Source: Felis catus (lineage: Eukaryota). Taken from it: a stretch of DNA of 64,000 nucleotides. Location: positions 63,612,001 through 63,676,000 of the forward strand of contig NC_058384.1 in NCBI RefSeq assembly GCF_018350175.1. Direction: 5' to 3'. The notes under the pieces are model-generated. The model had not been told where the DNA came from and did no database searches. It saw only the letters and a list, made by a program, of their open reading frames with translations. Positions 10,219 to 21,066 of this stretch are shown one piece after another; position 1 is the stretch's first letter; each line of letters opens with the position of its first letter. Made by a program: the position numbers and the translations under genes.

Positions 10219-13200
10219 ATGGCCAGTGGGGAAGACGAGCCGAGGAACTGTGCGGTGTGCGGGGACCGAGCCACAGGCTACCACTTCCATGCCCTGACTT
10301 GTGAGGGCTGCAAGGGTTTCTTCAGGTGAGAGCCCCCCTCCCCGTAGAAACAACCTCCCAAACCGCCCGCCGGGCGGCCTTTAATCCCGGGCATGTGCGC
10401 GAGCTTGTCCAGCTACAACCCCCCTGCATCCCAGAGCCCGACTACCCTGTGGCCAGCATGTTCTATCTTGCCAACCTCAACACTGAGCCAACAGGTGATA
10501 CAATAACAGAGGGAAGGCAGAGGGTTTGTGCTATGGACACAACCCCTTAGTCGAGAGTGCTGATCCCGGGCCCTACGGAGATGCTTGTGTTGTACCCTAC
10601 CCCCCGCCCCCCAGGGACCCTTGGGCACAGCTCAGATTAGCCTACGTCACCGCCGATCCTTTTAGACCACGTCATCTCAAACCCTCACGTCGCCACCCGT
10701 TCGCTGCCATCCCCGCCCGCCCTCCCAAACGTCTCTGTCTCCCACAGACGAACCGTCACCAGAAGCACCGGTCTCACCTGCCCCTTTGCTGGACGCTGTG
10801 AGGTCAACAAGACCCAGAGACGTCACTGCCCAGCCTGCAGGTTGCAGAAGTGCCTGGATGCTGGCATGAAGAAGGACAGTGAGTTGGCCCCTCCCAACAC
10901 GAGCATCCATGGACCGGGTCTCTCGGCCTTGCCCTTGGTCCCACAGCGTGTACGTCACACAAGAAGAGTAGAAACAAGTCCGACGATGTTACTATTCCGC
11001 CCAAAACCCCAGCGGCTCCTCGTCCGCCTTACGGTCCGTGATCCCACGATCCTCTCCCTCCTACTCTTTCCGCCTGGCTCAGCCCATCACGGCCACACTC
11101 AAGCCACACAGTGCTTGAGTCAAACACACCCCTCGGGACCCGTGTGCTGGCATTTGCCGTCCCCTCCACCAGGACTCTGCTTGCCCCAGATGTTCACGTG
11201 GCTTGACCTTTCTCTTCTATGTTTCACATATAGTGCCTGTCACTCAGTAGGTACTTGATATCCGTTAATCACTTGCTGTCATTTCTCCGTGCCAGGTACC
11301 CAGGCTATGCTCCCCACAGATAGTCTCCCCGGGGCTCGCAGAAGTCAACGTGCCCCGGGTTCGCTCAGCTACAAAGCTACACCATCTGTATTTAATCTCT
11401 TCTGTCTGACTCCCAAGGCCTTGCTTTTTCCATGACATCACACGACTTTTCCATACGGAGCAGTGGAAAGGAAACCGTGGAAGTTAAAAACAAACAAAAA
11501 AATTCAAGCTCCGTCACTTAAGTGTTTGTGACCTTGGACCTGTCACTGGGGTGTCAGCCCGCTCATGTCTCTGAAAAACACAGATAATAACACCCGCCCT
11601 CTCTACCCAGAGGGTTACTGCATCCAGGGAGATTTAACCTCAGAACCCTCGAAATGAGAGCGCTATGTGGAAACATACGGTGACGTTTTAGGCATCCAGG
11701 GCCCTCCCTCGTCAGTGTTGGCCCAGGAGCCAAACATCTCCCTTCACGACGACCCCCTTACCCTCCACCCTTCCTTTCTCCGCCGCGGTGCCCTTTTCTG
11801 CCGCAGGGCCTGGCAGGATGGAAAAGTGGCCAAGAATCCCCTGCAGCCCGGAGCCTCGAGGATTTCAGCCAAGCCCTCCCGCCCCACATCCTTCACCCTG
11901 CTGGGTACCAGAGGGGTCCCGGACGTGGGGCTGGCAGAGACAGGTGCTCTGGGCTGGTCTCAGTGGCTCTGTCATCTGTGTTCCCCGGACACAGTGATCC
12001 TGTCGGCAGAGGCCTTGGCGCTGCGGCGAGCAAAGCAGGCCCAGCGGCGCGCGCAGCGAGCACCCAGCCAGCTGAGCGACAAGCAGAAAGAGCTGGTCCG
12101 GACTCTCCTGGGGGCCCACACCCGCCACGTGGGCACCATGTTTGACCAGTTTGTGCAGTTCAGGGTGAGCCTTGACAGGCTTCGGGCCGGAAGGTGACCA
12201 AAAGGGTGCCCAAGGGGGGCTGCCCCGAGGGAGGGGGCTGTGTTCCAGGCACCGATTCGGAGGATGAGACTTCTCCAGAACCCCCGGTGTAGACAGACAC
12301 CTCAGCCCAGCGCCCTTCCAAGCCAGGGCCAGAGCGGCCGAAAGAGAGCCTCTCACTGAGGCTCTGATCTCTGCAGCCTCCCGCTCATCTGTTCGTCCGC
12401 CACCAGCATTTGCCCGTCTCGGTCCCCGTACCACCTCTGCTGACGCACTTCGCGGAGATCAACACCTTCATGGTGCAGCAAATCATCAAGTTCACCAAGG
12501 ATCTGCCCCTCTTCCGGTATGTGACCTCCCCTTTACCCTTCAGGAAGAAAACACTCCAGGAAGTCATAATCCCCAGACGCACACCAAAGGAAAAAAAAAA
12601 AAAGTCACCGACCCCCCTCACCCACCCTGCATCCTGTCCGAGCACCAGGTCTGAATCCCCAGCTTTGTTTTTAAGTATCTCCCTCAGGAGGCGCCTGGGT
12701 GGCGCAGTCGGTTAAGGGTCTGACTTCAGCCAGGTCACGATCTCGCGGTCCGTGAGTTCGAGCCCCGCGTCAGGCTCTGGGCTGATGGCTCGGAGCCTGG
12801 AGCCTGTTTCCGATGCTGTGTCTCCCTCTCTCTCTGCCCCTCCCCCGTTCATGCTCTGTCTCTCTCTGTCCCAAAAATAAAATAAACGTTGAAAAAAAAA
12901 AAATTTAAGTATCTCCCTCAGAACCGGGGGGGGGGGGGGGGGGCTCCTCTCCCTGTCTGAAGTTCAGGGTGGAGCCTGAGGTGCTCTCGTCCCCTGCTCC
13001 CCACAGGTCCCTGCCCATGGAGGACCAGATCTCCCTTCTCAAGGGAGCGGCTGTAGAGATGTGCCATATCGCCCTCAACACCACCTTCTGCCTCCAAACA
13101 CAAAACTTCCTCTGTGGGCCACTCCACTACGCGATAGAGGACGGAGCCCACGGTGAGACGGCGCTAGAACCGCGGAGGGCACGTGCCCTTGGAGGTGTGG

Positions 13201-13653
13201 TGTGCGGCCAGGTGACCCGACGGATCCTAAGCCTGGCGTCTCCCACAGTGGGCTTCCAGGAACAGTTTTTAGAGCTGCTCTTCCGCTTCCACGGGACCCT
13301 GAGACGACTCCAGCTCCAGGAGCCCGAGTATGTGCTCATGGCCGCCATGGCCCTCTTCTCTCCCGGTGAGCGTCCCCAAAGCCCAGAGGGCCGCCTCCGC
13401 CTCTGCCCCCGCTCCCAGCCCCGTGAACCCACCCACGACCGGGGCTCTGTCTTCAAACCCAGCCTGGGCCCGTTCCGCATGGCAGGCCCGCGCCCGACCC
13501 CACCCGTCCTTCCCCGCCACCCCCACCTCCTTCCAGACAGGCCTGGGGTTACCCGGAGGGAACAGATCGATCATCTGCAAGAGGTGACGGCACTGACCCT
13601 GCAGAGCTACATCGAAGGCCAGCAGCCAAGGCCTGGGAGTCGGTACGGGGGCC

Positions 13654-13685
<32 letters not shown>

Positions 13686-14673
13686 CTGGAGGCTACGCCA
13701 GGGCACGAAGGCGAGGGAAACGCTGGGCTCAGGGGGAGTGCTTTTACTGTCCCTTCCTCTGGGAAACCGGGTCCCTCGGGGGCTCGAGTCCTTCCCTCGT
13801 GCCTCGTCGAGTTCTGGCATCCAAAGTGCTCCTACAGGCGTTTCACCTGATTTTTTCCAGATTTTTTTTTTTTATTCGGTAGAGATGCAAAGTAGGAGCT
13901 GGCAGGCTCTGTATAACAGCATTCCTGAGATTGATGACATCCACTGTCTCACCCGTCCACTCTCCAGGCTCAAGCAGCCGGCCAAGTCTCTCGTTCGCTC
14001 TCTTTCCTTGGCCCTTCCCCTTCTCTCCGTGGGGCCCGTTAATGTTTCATTCATTCCCCCTTGAAGTCGGGGTCGTTCAGTTTCATGGCCCAGGCCGGTC
14101 CCCTGGCCCAAAAGTCCGTGATCTACTCAGGCTCTGAGGGGCACTCCCCTTGTTCTCGGCTGTTCCTCAATGAGCCGGTTTGGCCAGGAGAGGGATGCTT
14201 TACACCACAGGACGCACCCACCTTCTAGAACCTGCTCTAGAAGACCCGATCCACAGACTCCACACAGGTGACGTCCTGGCCACATCTGGGGCTTTCTTCA
14301 CACTTGGCCCTCAGACCTCTGGGTTCAAGAAATACGGCATGGTGAGAGAGGAAAGTGTCAGAGGACCCCCTCGGGGACCTTTTGGAATTCTGGATAAATT
14401 TGTCCTACCAGAGCGTGATTTTCTCTAGGGGTCAGACCTAGCTTCGCCGAGGGACAGTTCAGGGGCTCAGGACGTCAGGGCAAGACTCTCAGCTACCTTA
14501 TTTTCCTCCTCTTTCCCTGGTGACCCCACCGCTTCCTCCAAAGGTTTCTGTATGCGAAGCTGCTGGGCCTGTTGGCCGAGCTCCGGAGCATTAACAACGC
14601 CTTTGGCTACCAAATCCGGCACATCCAGGGGCTGGCCGCCATGATGCCACTGCTCCAGGAGATCTGCAGCTGA
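10219..14673 (+). CDS. NR1I3: Constitutive androstane receptor (CAR), 348 aa, 8 coding exons
   Basis: Exons 10219-10325, 10748-10878, 11995-12164, 12377-12516, 13007-13152, 13249-13365, 13537-13642, 14544-14673 total 1047 nt, all GT-AG. C4 zinc fingers [42 protein letters not shown]-terminus [10 protein letters not shown]. Confidence 0.97.
12688..12903 (+). mobile_element. Young felid Can-SINE in NR1I3 intron 5
   Basis: Full length; perfect TSD tttaagtatctccctcag at 12670-12687 and 12904-12921. Confidence 0.9.
13871..13876 (-). terminator. Distal poly(A) signal of TOMM40L (AATAAA)
   Basis: First canonical AATAAA I found on the minus strand downstream of the TOMM40L stop; lies in NR1I3 intron 8. 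Confidence 0.6.
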
Positions 14674-14764
14674 GGCCCCAGCCCATGTGGACACACGGGA
14701 CTGGGGAAGGGGGAAATACTGGGGCCAGAGGTTGGGACCGCTAGAAAGGGAGCCCAGTGGTGGC

Positions 14765-14770
14765 AATGAA
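14765..14770 (+). terminator. Probable non-canonical poly(A) signal of NR1I3 (AATGAA)
   Basis: AATGAA about 90 nt after the stop; no AATAAA nearby on the + strand. Confidence 0.45.
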
Positions 14771-15394
14771 AGACCAAAGCGATAACTGCCTCTTCATGCA
14801 GTCTTGGGGGCCGTGGGGGACGACCACGGGGACAGAGTTGTTCTCCGGAAGCACAGAGAATGAGGAAGGAGGGAGCCTCGGGGCGAAGAGGTAAAGAAGC
14901 GCCTTCCGGGAAGTGAGGGGGGGCCCACTTTCCCAGGGCAAAGATTTAGCCCTTCAGCCCTCGGGAGACTCTGGGATGGAAAACAGGACGGGGAGCTGAT
15001 CCCATGCAGACTTTTCTGCTCTGAAGAGGAAGACGCTGGGAGCTTTAATCGACAGGGAGATGTAGGGGCGGGGGGGGGGGGAGTGAGGGGAGAGAAGTCA
15101 GCCAGCCAGACCCCCTAATCCTTCTCCCTCGGTCCAGAGCCACAAGAGCACGGGAAGAGGACGCCGGGGGCGGGGGGGGGGCTGGTGGCAGAGGTCGGAG
15201 CCTCACGCCAGCCCCTCGGCAGCCGCCCCTGCGGCAGCCCCAGTTCTGAGGAGGGCACGGCCCTGTCCCCCACTCTGCTCCTGGGACCTAGAGGTCACCC
15301 GGCAGGGTGGGCTCTGGAGAGGGGCCTAGTCTCTGGCCCTCGGGCACCTGACTCGGAGGCTCCAGCTTCAGCGGGTGCCGGCTCTGGGACAACC

Positions 15395-18196
15395 TCAGCC
15401 CACAGTGATGCTGAACCCACAATGGAACCTGTTGCGCCAGTGGTTGAGGAAGGCTCCGAGGGCTAGGGTGACAGGCAAGGGGGGCATCTTCTTCTCCAGC
15501 ACGGCACCCACACACCAGTTACTGTCCACCAAGCCTGTGGGGGAACGGAATGTAGACCGGGTTAGGTATTTATTTTTTTAATTTTTCTTAATGTTTATTT
15601 CTCTGGTGGGGGGGGGGGCGGGGCGAGAGAGAGAGAGGGAGTCACAGAATCCGAAGCGGGCTCCAGGCCCTGAGCTGACAGCCCAGAGCCCGACGCGGGG
15701 CTCGAACTCTAGAACCCCGAGATCATGACCTGAGCCGAAGTCGGATGCCTGACCGACTGAGCCCCCCCCCCCACCCCCAAGTGCCCCTGGACCGGGTTAT
15801 TTAACAGGCTTGCAGAAAGGGGTCAGAAGTAAGGCGGACCTTCCCTCCCTCGGTGCCCCCAAGCCCTCGGCACCTGCGAATGCTGTCCGAATGACCCTCA
15901 CCTCTAAACACCATGTTGGCCTGGGGCAGAGTCAGGTGGTAACCAAAGGAGAAGGTTGTGTCTTGTAGCCTCGTGTTTGCCTCAAACTCCACCCCGACCT
16001 GAACCTGAGAAGCAGGGCAAGGGTGGGAGAAGGATCTGTCTCAGTGAGGCCTCGAGGAGCCCTGACGGGGGACACGCGGGATGAAGGCAGGCGGGGGACA
16101 ACGTCTGTGCCGTGTGGGTAGGAAGAACAGTAGGCCAGCAGGGGCCGTGGCCGTCTGGAGGGGTCAGAGTTCACGACTGACTTGCGGGGGCGGAAGATGG
16201 CGTCGGTAATCTCACCTGTTCGTTGGCCCTGTGGTAATAACTTGCATGGGCCCCACCTGATCCCACATTCAACGTGGCCACCCAGTGCAGGGCTGTCGAA
16301 ACCAAAGGGGAGGAGACAAGGGGCGTTACTGTAGCAGGACACGGGCCAGGAGCCCTCGCCAAGGCCGGCATTTCCCCTCCCCATCGCTACTCCCCCCTCA
16401 CCCCATACCCGAGTACTTCCCAGCCAGGGTCAAGATGGCCCCCTCTTCGCCTGGCCGCCGGTGATAAACTAACTCTCCTCCCAGCACCAGCCGATGGGTG
16501 AGGCTCTGCAGGAAGTGAGCGACCATGATCACTGCGGGGTAGTGGAGACACATGGCATCGGTCACAGGGACAACGTCTGGGCCTGCTCCGCCGCCCCGGC
16601 CCACCCAAGAACTTTCCAGTCCCCGATCCGCACAGACGACGGCGACGAGGCCTCGCCAACGTTAGCAAGTGATCAGCCAAGATCAAAAGAACCCTGTCCC
16701 AATTCCTCACCCGATTCCCCAATCAGGTCAGGATTCCCCAGGGTCAGAGTAGCTGTGTAATCATCTCCTCGATACTCGCCATCGAACTGCCACGTCAGGA
16801 ACTTGGCCTGCTGCGTCTGCAGCGGGGAGAAAAAGGAGTGAAGCCTTCCTCCTCCTTTGCGGTCACCGGGGCCTCCGCTCCTCTCGCTGGAGCCCCCAGA
16901 GCAGGACACCCATGGAGGAGGACAGGCTTCAGCGGATAGAGGTCGGGACCATGGGTCACCTGGAAGACAGCCTTGGCTCGGAGCCGCTCTGCCAGGAGGA
17001 GCAGGACCTGGGCGTTGAGGCTGCCGCTGCTGTCCATATCCCCTACCACAGTGGGGAACACCTGTTGGAGAGGGTCCCCAGTAAGACCCAGCTGGTGGGG
17101 GGCACCGCTCAGCCTCCATCCAACTCGCTAGGATTTCTTTAACAGTACCCAGCGCCCCCTGGTGGAGCCACAGAGATAGACTTCTCGGGCCACCTTTCCC
17201 CCCTCTCTCCCCTTCAGAGGAAACACAGAGAAGCAGGTGCCCTGTACGCTCTTCCCCATAACACACACATTTCCTCCTCCTCTAGGCCCGAGTCCCGGCT
17301 GGGCTTTCAGGGAGATGACCCCGGCGTGAGGAGTCCTCACCTCTGTGGGGCTAAGTTGCCAGTCCCCCGCGTAGGCCGCGTGGAGGTGATAGCCTGGCAA
17401 GCCCAGAGCACTCATATGCACGGTGTGAGCCACCTGAGGAAAGAGAAGTCACTGGAGGAACGCGTTCCTGCCGATTTCAACCCCCTCCCCACCCAGCTGC
17501 TCCCCAGCCAGATGGCCTTTTAAGAATCCCAAAGATTCCACATAGCCAACACCAGACAAAAAGCAACAAGTCCCACAGGCAAGGGAAGCAGGGAGAGCCC
17601 CACATCCTCCCTCATTTGTCCCATAGAGCCTGCTTAAGGCTTGAGTACAAAGGCGAGGAGGAGGAGGAGGATCCAGGGATAGGCGGGGAGGGATAGTGAG
17701 GAGGGCCAGAGAAGTGGGAGCACCTGGAAATGGCTGCTCAGAACCTTGTTGACAACGAGCTTCACTCCCTCCATCTGTGCTGGGAACACATCTGAAGGGG
17801 GTGGAGGGGAGGGGAAGGGGAGGAATAAGCACAGACAAGGCACCCCTACCCCCAGAGGTAAGTCTCCCCTTCCAATCCCATAGAAAGCACTTTGGAGGAT
17901 CTGACCTCCTTTCGAGTCCTATCACGAAATGCTCCACTCCATTCAGGCACGGGATCCTCCCAGGGGCTGGATGCCCCGGCTGTGATCTCCCTTTCCTGCT
18001 CCCATCACTGGACACCCAGCATTCAGGACCCTCCCCTGCTCTGCCCCTTCAACTTGAGACACCCACATGCCAAGTTCTCACCTTTGCATAGCCGGTGCAG
18101 CTCATCGAAGCTCCCAGGGTTGGGCAGAGGTTCCTCTCGCCGGGGGCTCCGGCGGGGCAAAGCCCCCATCGGTGCCAGGCCCAGTGTGTTCCCCAT
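15395..18196 (-). CDS. TOMM40L: Mitochondrial import receptor subunit TOM40-like (TOM40B), 308 aa, 9 coding exons
   Basis: Exons 18196-18082, 17791-17724, 17433-17341, 17061-16960, 16816-16711, 16531-16409, 16292-16216, 16004-15902, 15534-15395 total 927 nt; [41 protein letters not shown]. Confidence 0.97.
15569..15787 (-). mobile_element. Can-SINE in last TOMM40L intron
   Basis: Reverse SINE text; flanking repeat gaccgggtta. Confidence 0.85.
17152..17165 (-). promoter_or_regulatory. CTCF core motif
   Basis: Reverse complement CCACCAGGGGGCGC equals the CTCF core consensus. Confidence 0.7.
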
Positions 18197-18554
18197 TTCA
18201 GTCCAGAGGACAGGGGAGGGGCCGGGGTTAGCCTGAGAAAGGACGCTATTGCTCCCTCTATCCCCCACGGGCCCCACCCCCCATCATCCGACTCCCCAGT
18301 CCCAGAAACTTCCACATGGTCCGACGCTACACCTGGAACAGGAAGAGTGGGGAGAGGGCACCGGTGGGGAGACTGAACCCCAGACACCCCCACACTCCCG
18401 TCCCATCTTTGATCCTTCACCCCCACCTGTCACCCCCTCCCCTCCCCCATTCTCTAACCCTAGCTCCCACACAGACCTCACCCAGCTTCCCAGTCTTTCT
18501 GCTCTCCATTCCTAGGCCCCAAGGCGAGGCTTGCAATGAAGCAGTAGCTCTTAC

Positions 18555-18890
18555 CGTCTCAGACTATCCTGCTGCCTCCTTTCCCCCGGCACACCCCGGT
18601 CATCTTGATGGGGGCAGCCATCTTGAGTGATGGCAGAACTGCGGCTTCACGCTGCATTCCCAGCGTGGTCATCCACGCCATCTTGGAATCGGGCAAAAAA
18701 AAGACATCAAAGATCCGACCGACCCTCCCTTGATTGGGCCCCGCCCAATCGATAAAAAAAAAAAAAAAAGCTGCCTCCCTCTCCCCGCGGCCAATGGGAG
18801 AGGAGGAAGCGAAGGAGTGGCAGACGCAGGTCCAGGGAGCTCCAACCCAGGCACTGCAGAGGCGGGCGGGACTTGATTGGTAGCTCCTTA
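18555..18890 (-). promoter_or_regulatory. TOMM40L non-coding exon 1 and TATA-less promoter
   Basis: Donor ACG|gtaaga at 18555/18554; YY1-type AAGATGGC motifs; CCAAT boxes near 18733, 18746, 18791 and 18877; GC boxes. Confidence 0.7.
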
Positions 18891-19338
18891 GACTTACTCA
18901 AGTGGATGGCCTTAGATCGCCCGGCGTCTACAAGGTCGGGGGGAGAAAAGCTGTGAGCGTACAAGACACTAGAGGGAGCATCTTGGAACTTGGGCCACTT
19001 TCACCCTACGGCCTGGAGACCCGTTTTGTGAAGGGCGGCGGACGGAATGATTGCGAGGACTTCATAGGGACCCTGGTTCCTATGGCTCCTGGGTGCCCCC
19101 ACCTCGAACCCCTAGGGACTCCTGACAACCCTCCCCAGTACAGCACAGTGCACAGTGCACCTCCAGATGAGTACTGCTCGCGAGTACTGCTCTCCCTGGA
19201 ACATGGCCCCACACCTGGAGGTCTACAAGTCCCCAAGTTCACCTTCTAGTTCTCTTGGCGGAAGGGAAATGGGTGGCAGTTGCGGTGGAAGGAGCAGGGG
19301 CTGCAGCCTTCGTACTAACGAAACCATTTCCTGAGTTA

Positions 19339-19535
19339 GGCGTCCGACTCGGGCTCAGGTCATGATCCCACGGTCGGTGAGTTGGAGCCCCCGCATCGGG
19401 CTCTGTGCTGATGTCTCCAAGCCTGGAGCCTGCTTCCGATTCTGTGTCTCCCTCTCTCTCCGCCCCTCCCCCGCTCACGCTCTGTCTCTCTCTCAAAAAA
19501 CAAATAAAACATTTTTAAAAATTAAAAAAAAAAAA
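19339..19535 (+). mobile_element. 5'-truncated Can-SINE
   Basis: gcgtccgactcgggctcaggtcatgatc.. body with CT tract and A tail. Confidence 0.85.
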
Positions 19536-19699
19536 CCAAAACTATTCCCTAAAACAGCTGCCCCTTATGGGTTAATCCCCCCCATCCCCCCGTGGCCCAG
19601 GTGTTGTTGGCAGATAAAATCTGTTGGTCCCCAAATGAACTCCACTCCACAGCCAGGGACAGTCCATGGAGGGCTCTTCAAGTACTAGGCATTCCACAG

Positions 19700-20080
19700 A
19701 GGAATAATTGAAGATGAAGCAAGAATTTGGGGCCCCCGGTCACTTCCCCCACTAGCCCTCACCTCTCCGACCCCTTCTCTCCTCCCTCACAATCAGAGCT
19801 GGCACGGGGGCTGGGGCCTTGGTCAGAGGGATGCGGTGGCCCCTGCTGACTCACATTGGCTGACCACCACTTGAGAATGACCAGGGAACTTCGACCTTTA
19901 TCCTTGGTAGAGGACTCTCGTTCACTTCCTTTCTTGCCAGGGCCCGCCGTTTGGGAAGGAGAAGGCAGAGGCTACTTTCTGAATTTGTTTTATTGGGGGT
20001 GGGGTGTCCTCATTTATCAGCACTCGGGAGGGTCATTCTGGGCTCTCGTGTTTTCTCCCTCCTTGTCACACATTAACTGA
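19700..20080 (+). promoter_or_regulatory. APOA2 upstream liver enhancer with J-type DR1 (19891-19903) and HNF1 site (20065-20077)
   Basis: cttcgacctttatccttggtag resembles the human J element cttcaacctttaccctggtag as recalled; gtcacacattaac reads GTTAATGTGTGAC (HNF1-like) on the minus strand. Confidence 0.6.
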
Positions 20081-20340
20081 ACACTGGAGAGATGCGATCA
20101 TACCCGCCCTTTGGCCCGTCACAGGACTCTCCTAATCCTCATTCCCCTCACCCCATCCCCTGATTTCTACTCCTTTCTCCTTTCTTCTGTTCCCAATTCC
20201 GCTCTGCCAAGTTACAGTGAAGGGGATGATTCTGGGGAGAGAAAATCTACCCACAATGGGACAAAGTTACCAACGGCTGCTGTGGGCTTCATATGTCAGG
20301 GCTTCCCAGGGGAGACTAGAAACCCTTCCTGCAGCATTCA

Positions 20341-20555
20341 TTTTTTAAAAACATTTTTGTAATGTTGATTTTTGAGAGAGAGCACGAGGGAGGGAGGGCC
20401 AGAGAGAGAGGGAGACGCAGAATCCTAAGCAGGCTCCAGGCTCCGAGCTGTCAGCACAGAGCCCGACGCGGGGGTGGGCGTCGGGACCACAAGCGGCGAG
20501 ATCATGACCCGAGCCGGAGTCAGACGCCCAACCAACTGAGCCACCCAGGGGCCCC
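20341..20555 (-). mobile_element. Can-SINE between APOA2 enhancer and promoter
   Basis: TSD cctgcag(c/t)attca at 20328-20340 and 20556-20568. Confidence 0.9.
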
Positions 20556-20769
20556 CCTGCAGTATTCAAATCCGAGGGCTGCCAGCCCCAGACCCCAAAA
20601 AAGTGAATGTTGAATAAGCCTGGAGTGTATCCCCTTGGACTCCACTAAGGCCTGCCTCCCCATGCCCCGCCCCCCCTCACCATGAGTCCCCCACGTGCTT
20701 GTCCTCTCCTCCCCCATTTCTCTGACTTGTTTACTCCAACATGGCCCCTGCCCCATCGGGTCCTTCCAC

Positions 20770-20876
20770 AGTCCTTATCACCTGACAGGGGGCGTGGGGA
20801 AGCAGCCGTATATATAGCCCCTGTCTCCCCAGTCAGCAGGCACAGACAACGAGGACACACACACTGACCCGGTAGG
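20770..20876 (+). promoter_or_regulatory. APOA2 core promoter and non-coding exon 1
   Basis: E-box CACCTG 20779-20784, TATATATA 20809-20816, exon 1 start aggcacagac near 20838, donor at 20872 or 20877. Confidence 0.75.
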
Positions 20877-21066
20877 GTAAGGGAGCAAGCGGTGTGGTCG
20901 GGATCCAAAGGCCAGGTTTTAATTGTGGGAAGGGAGGGAACCCGGTCGGAGTGGGTACTTAAGTAGCCATCTCCGGGGAGGGGCTGAAACTGAATGAAGC
21001 TCGTTCGGCTTCAGCCCCTCCCCTACCCCCACCTGTTTCCAGGCCACCTTCCCCACCGTCACCACC

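Noticed and set aside
10219-14673. NR1I3 as a pseudogene (the gene is lost in some carnivorous lineages)
   Set aside because: All exons splice in frame with GT-AG sites to a full 348-aa ORF.
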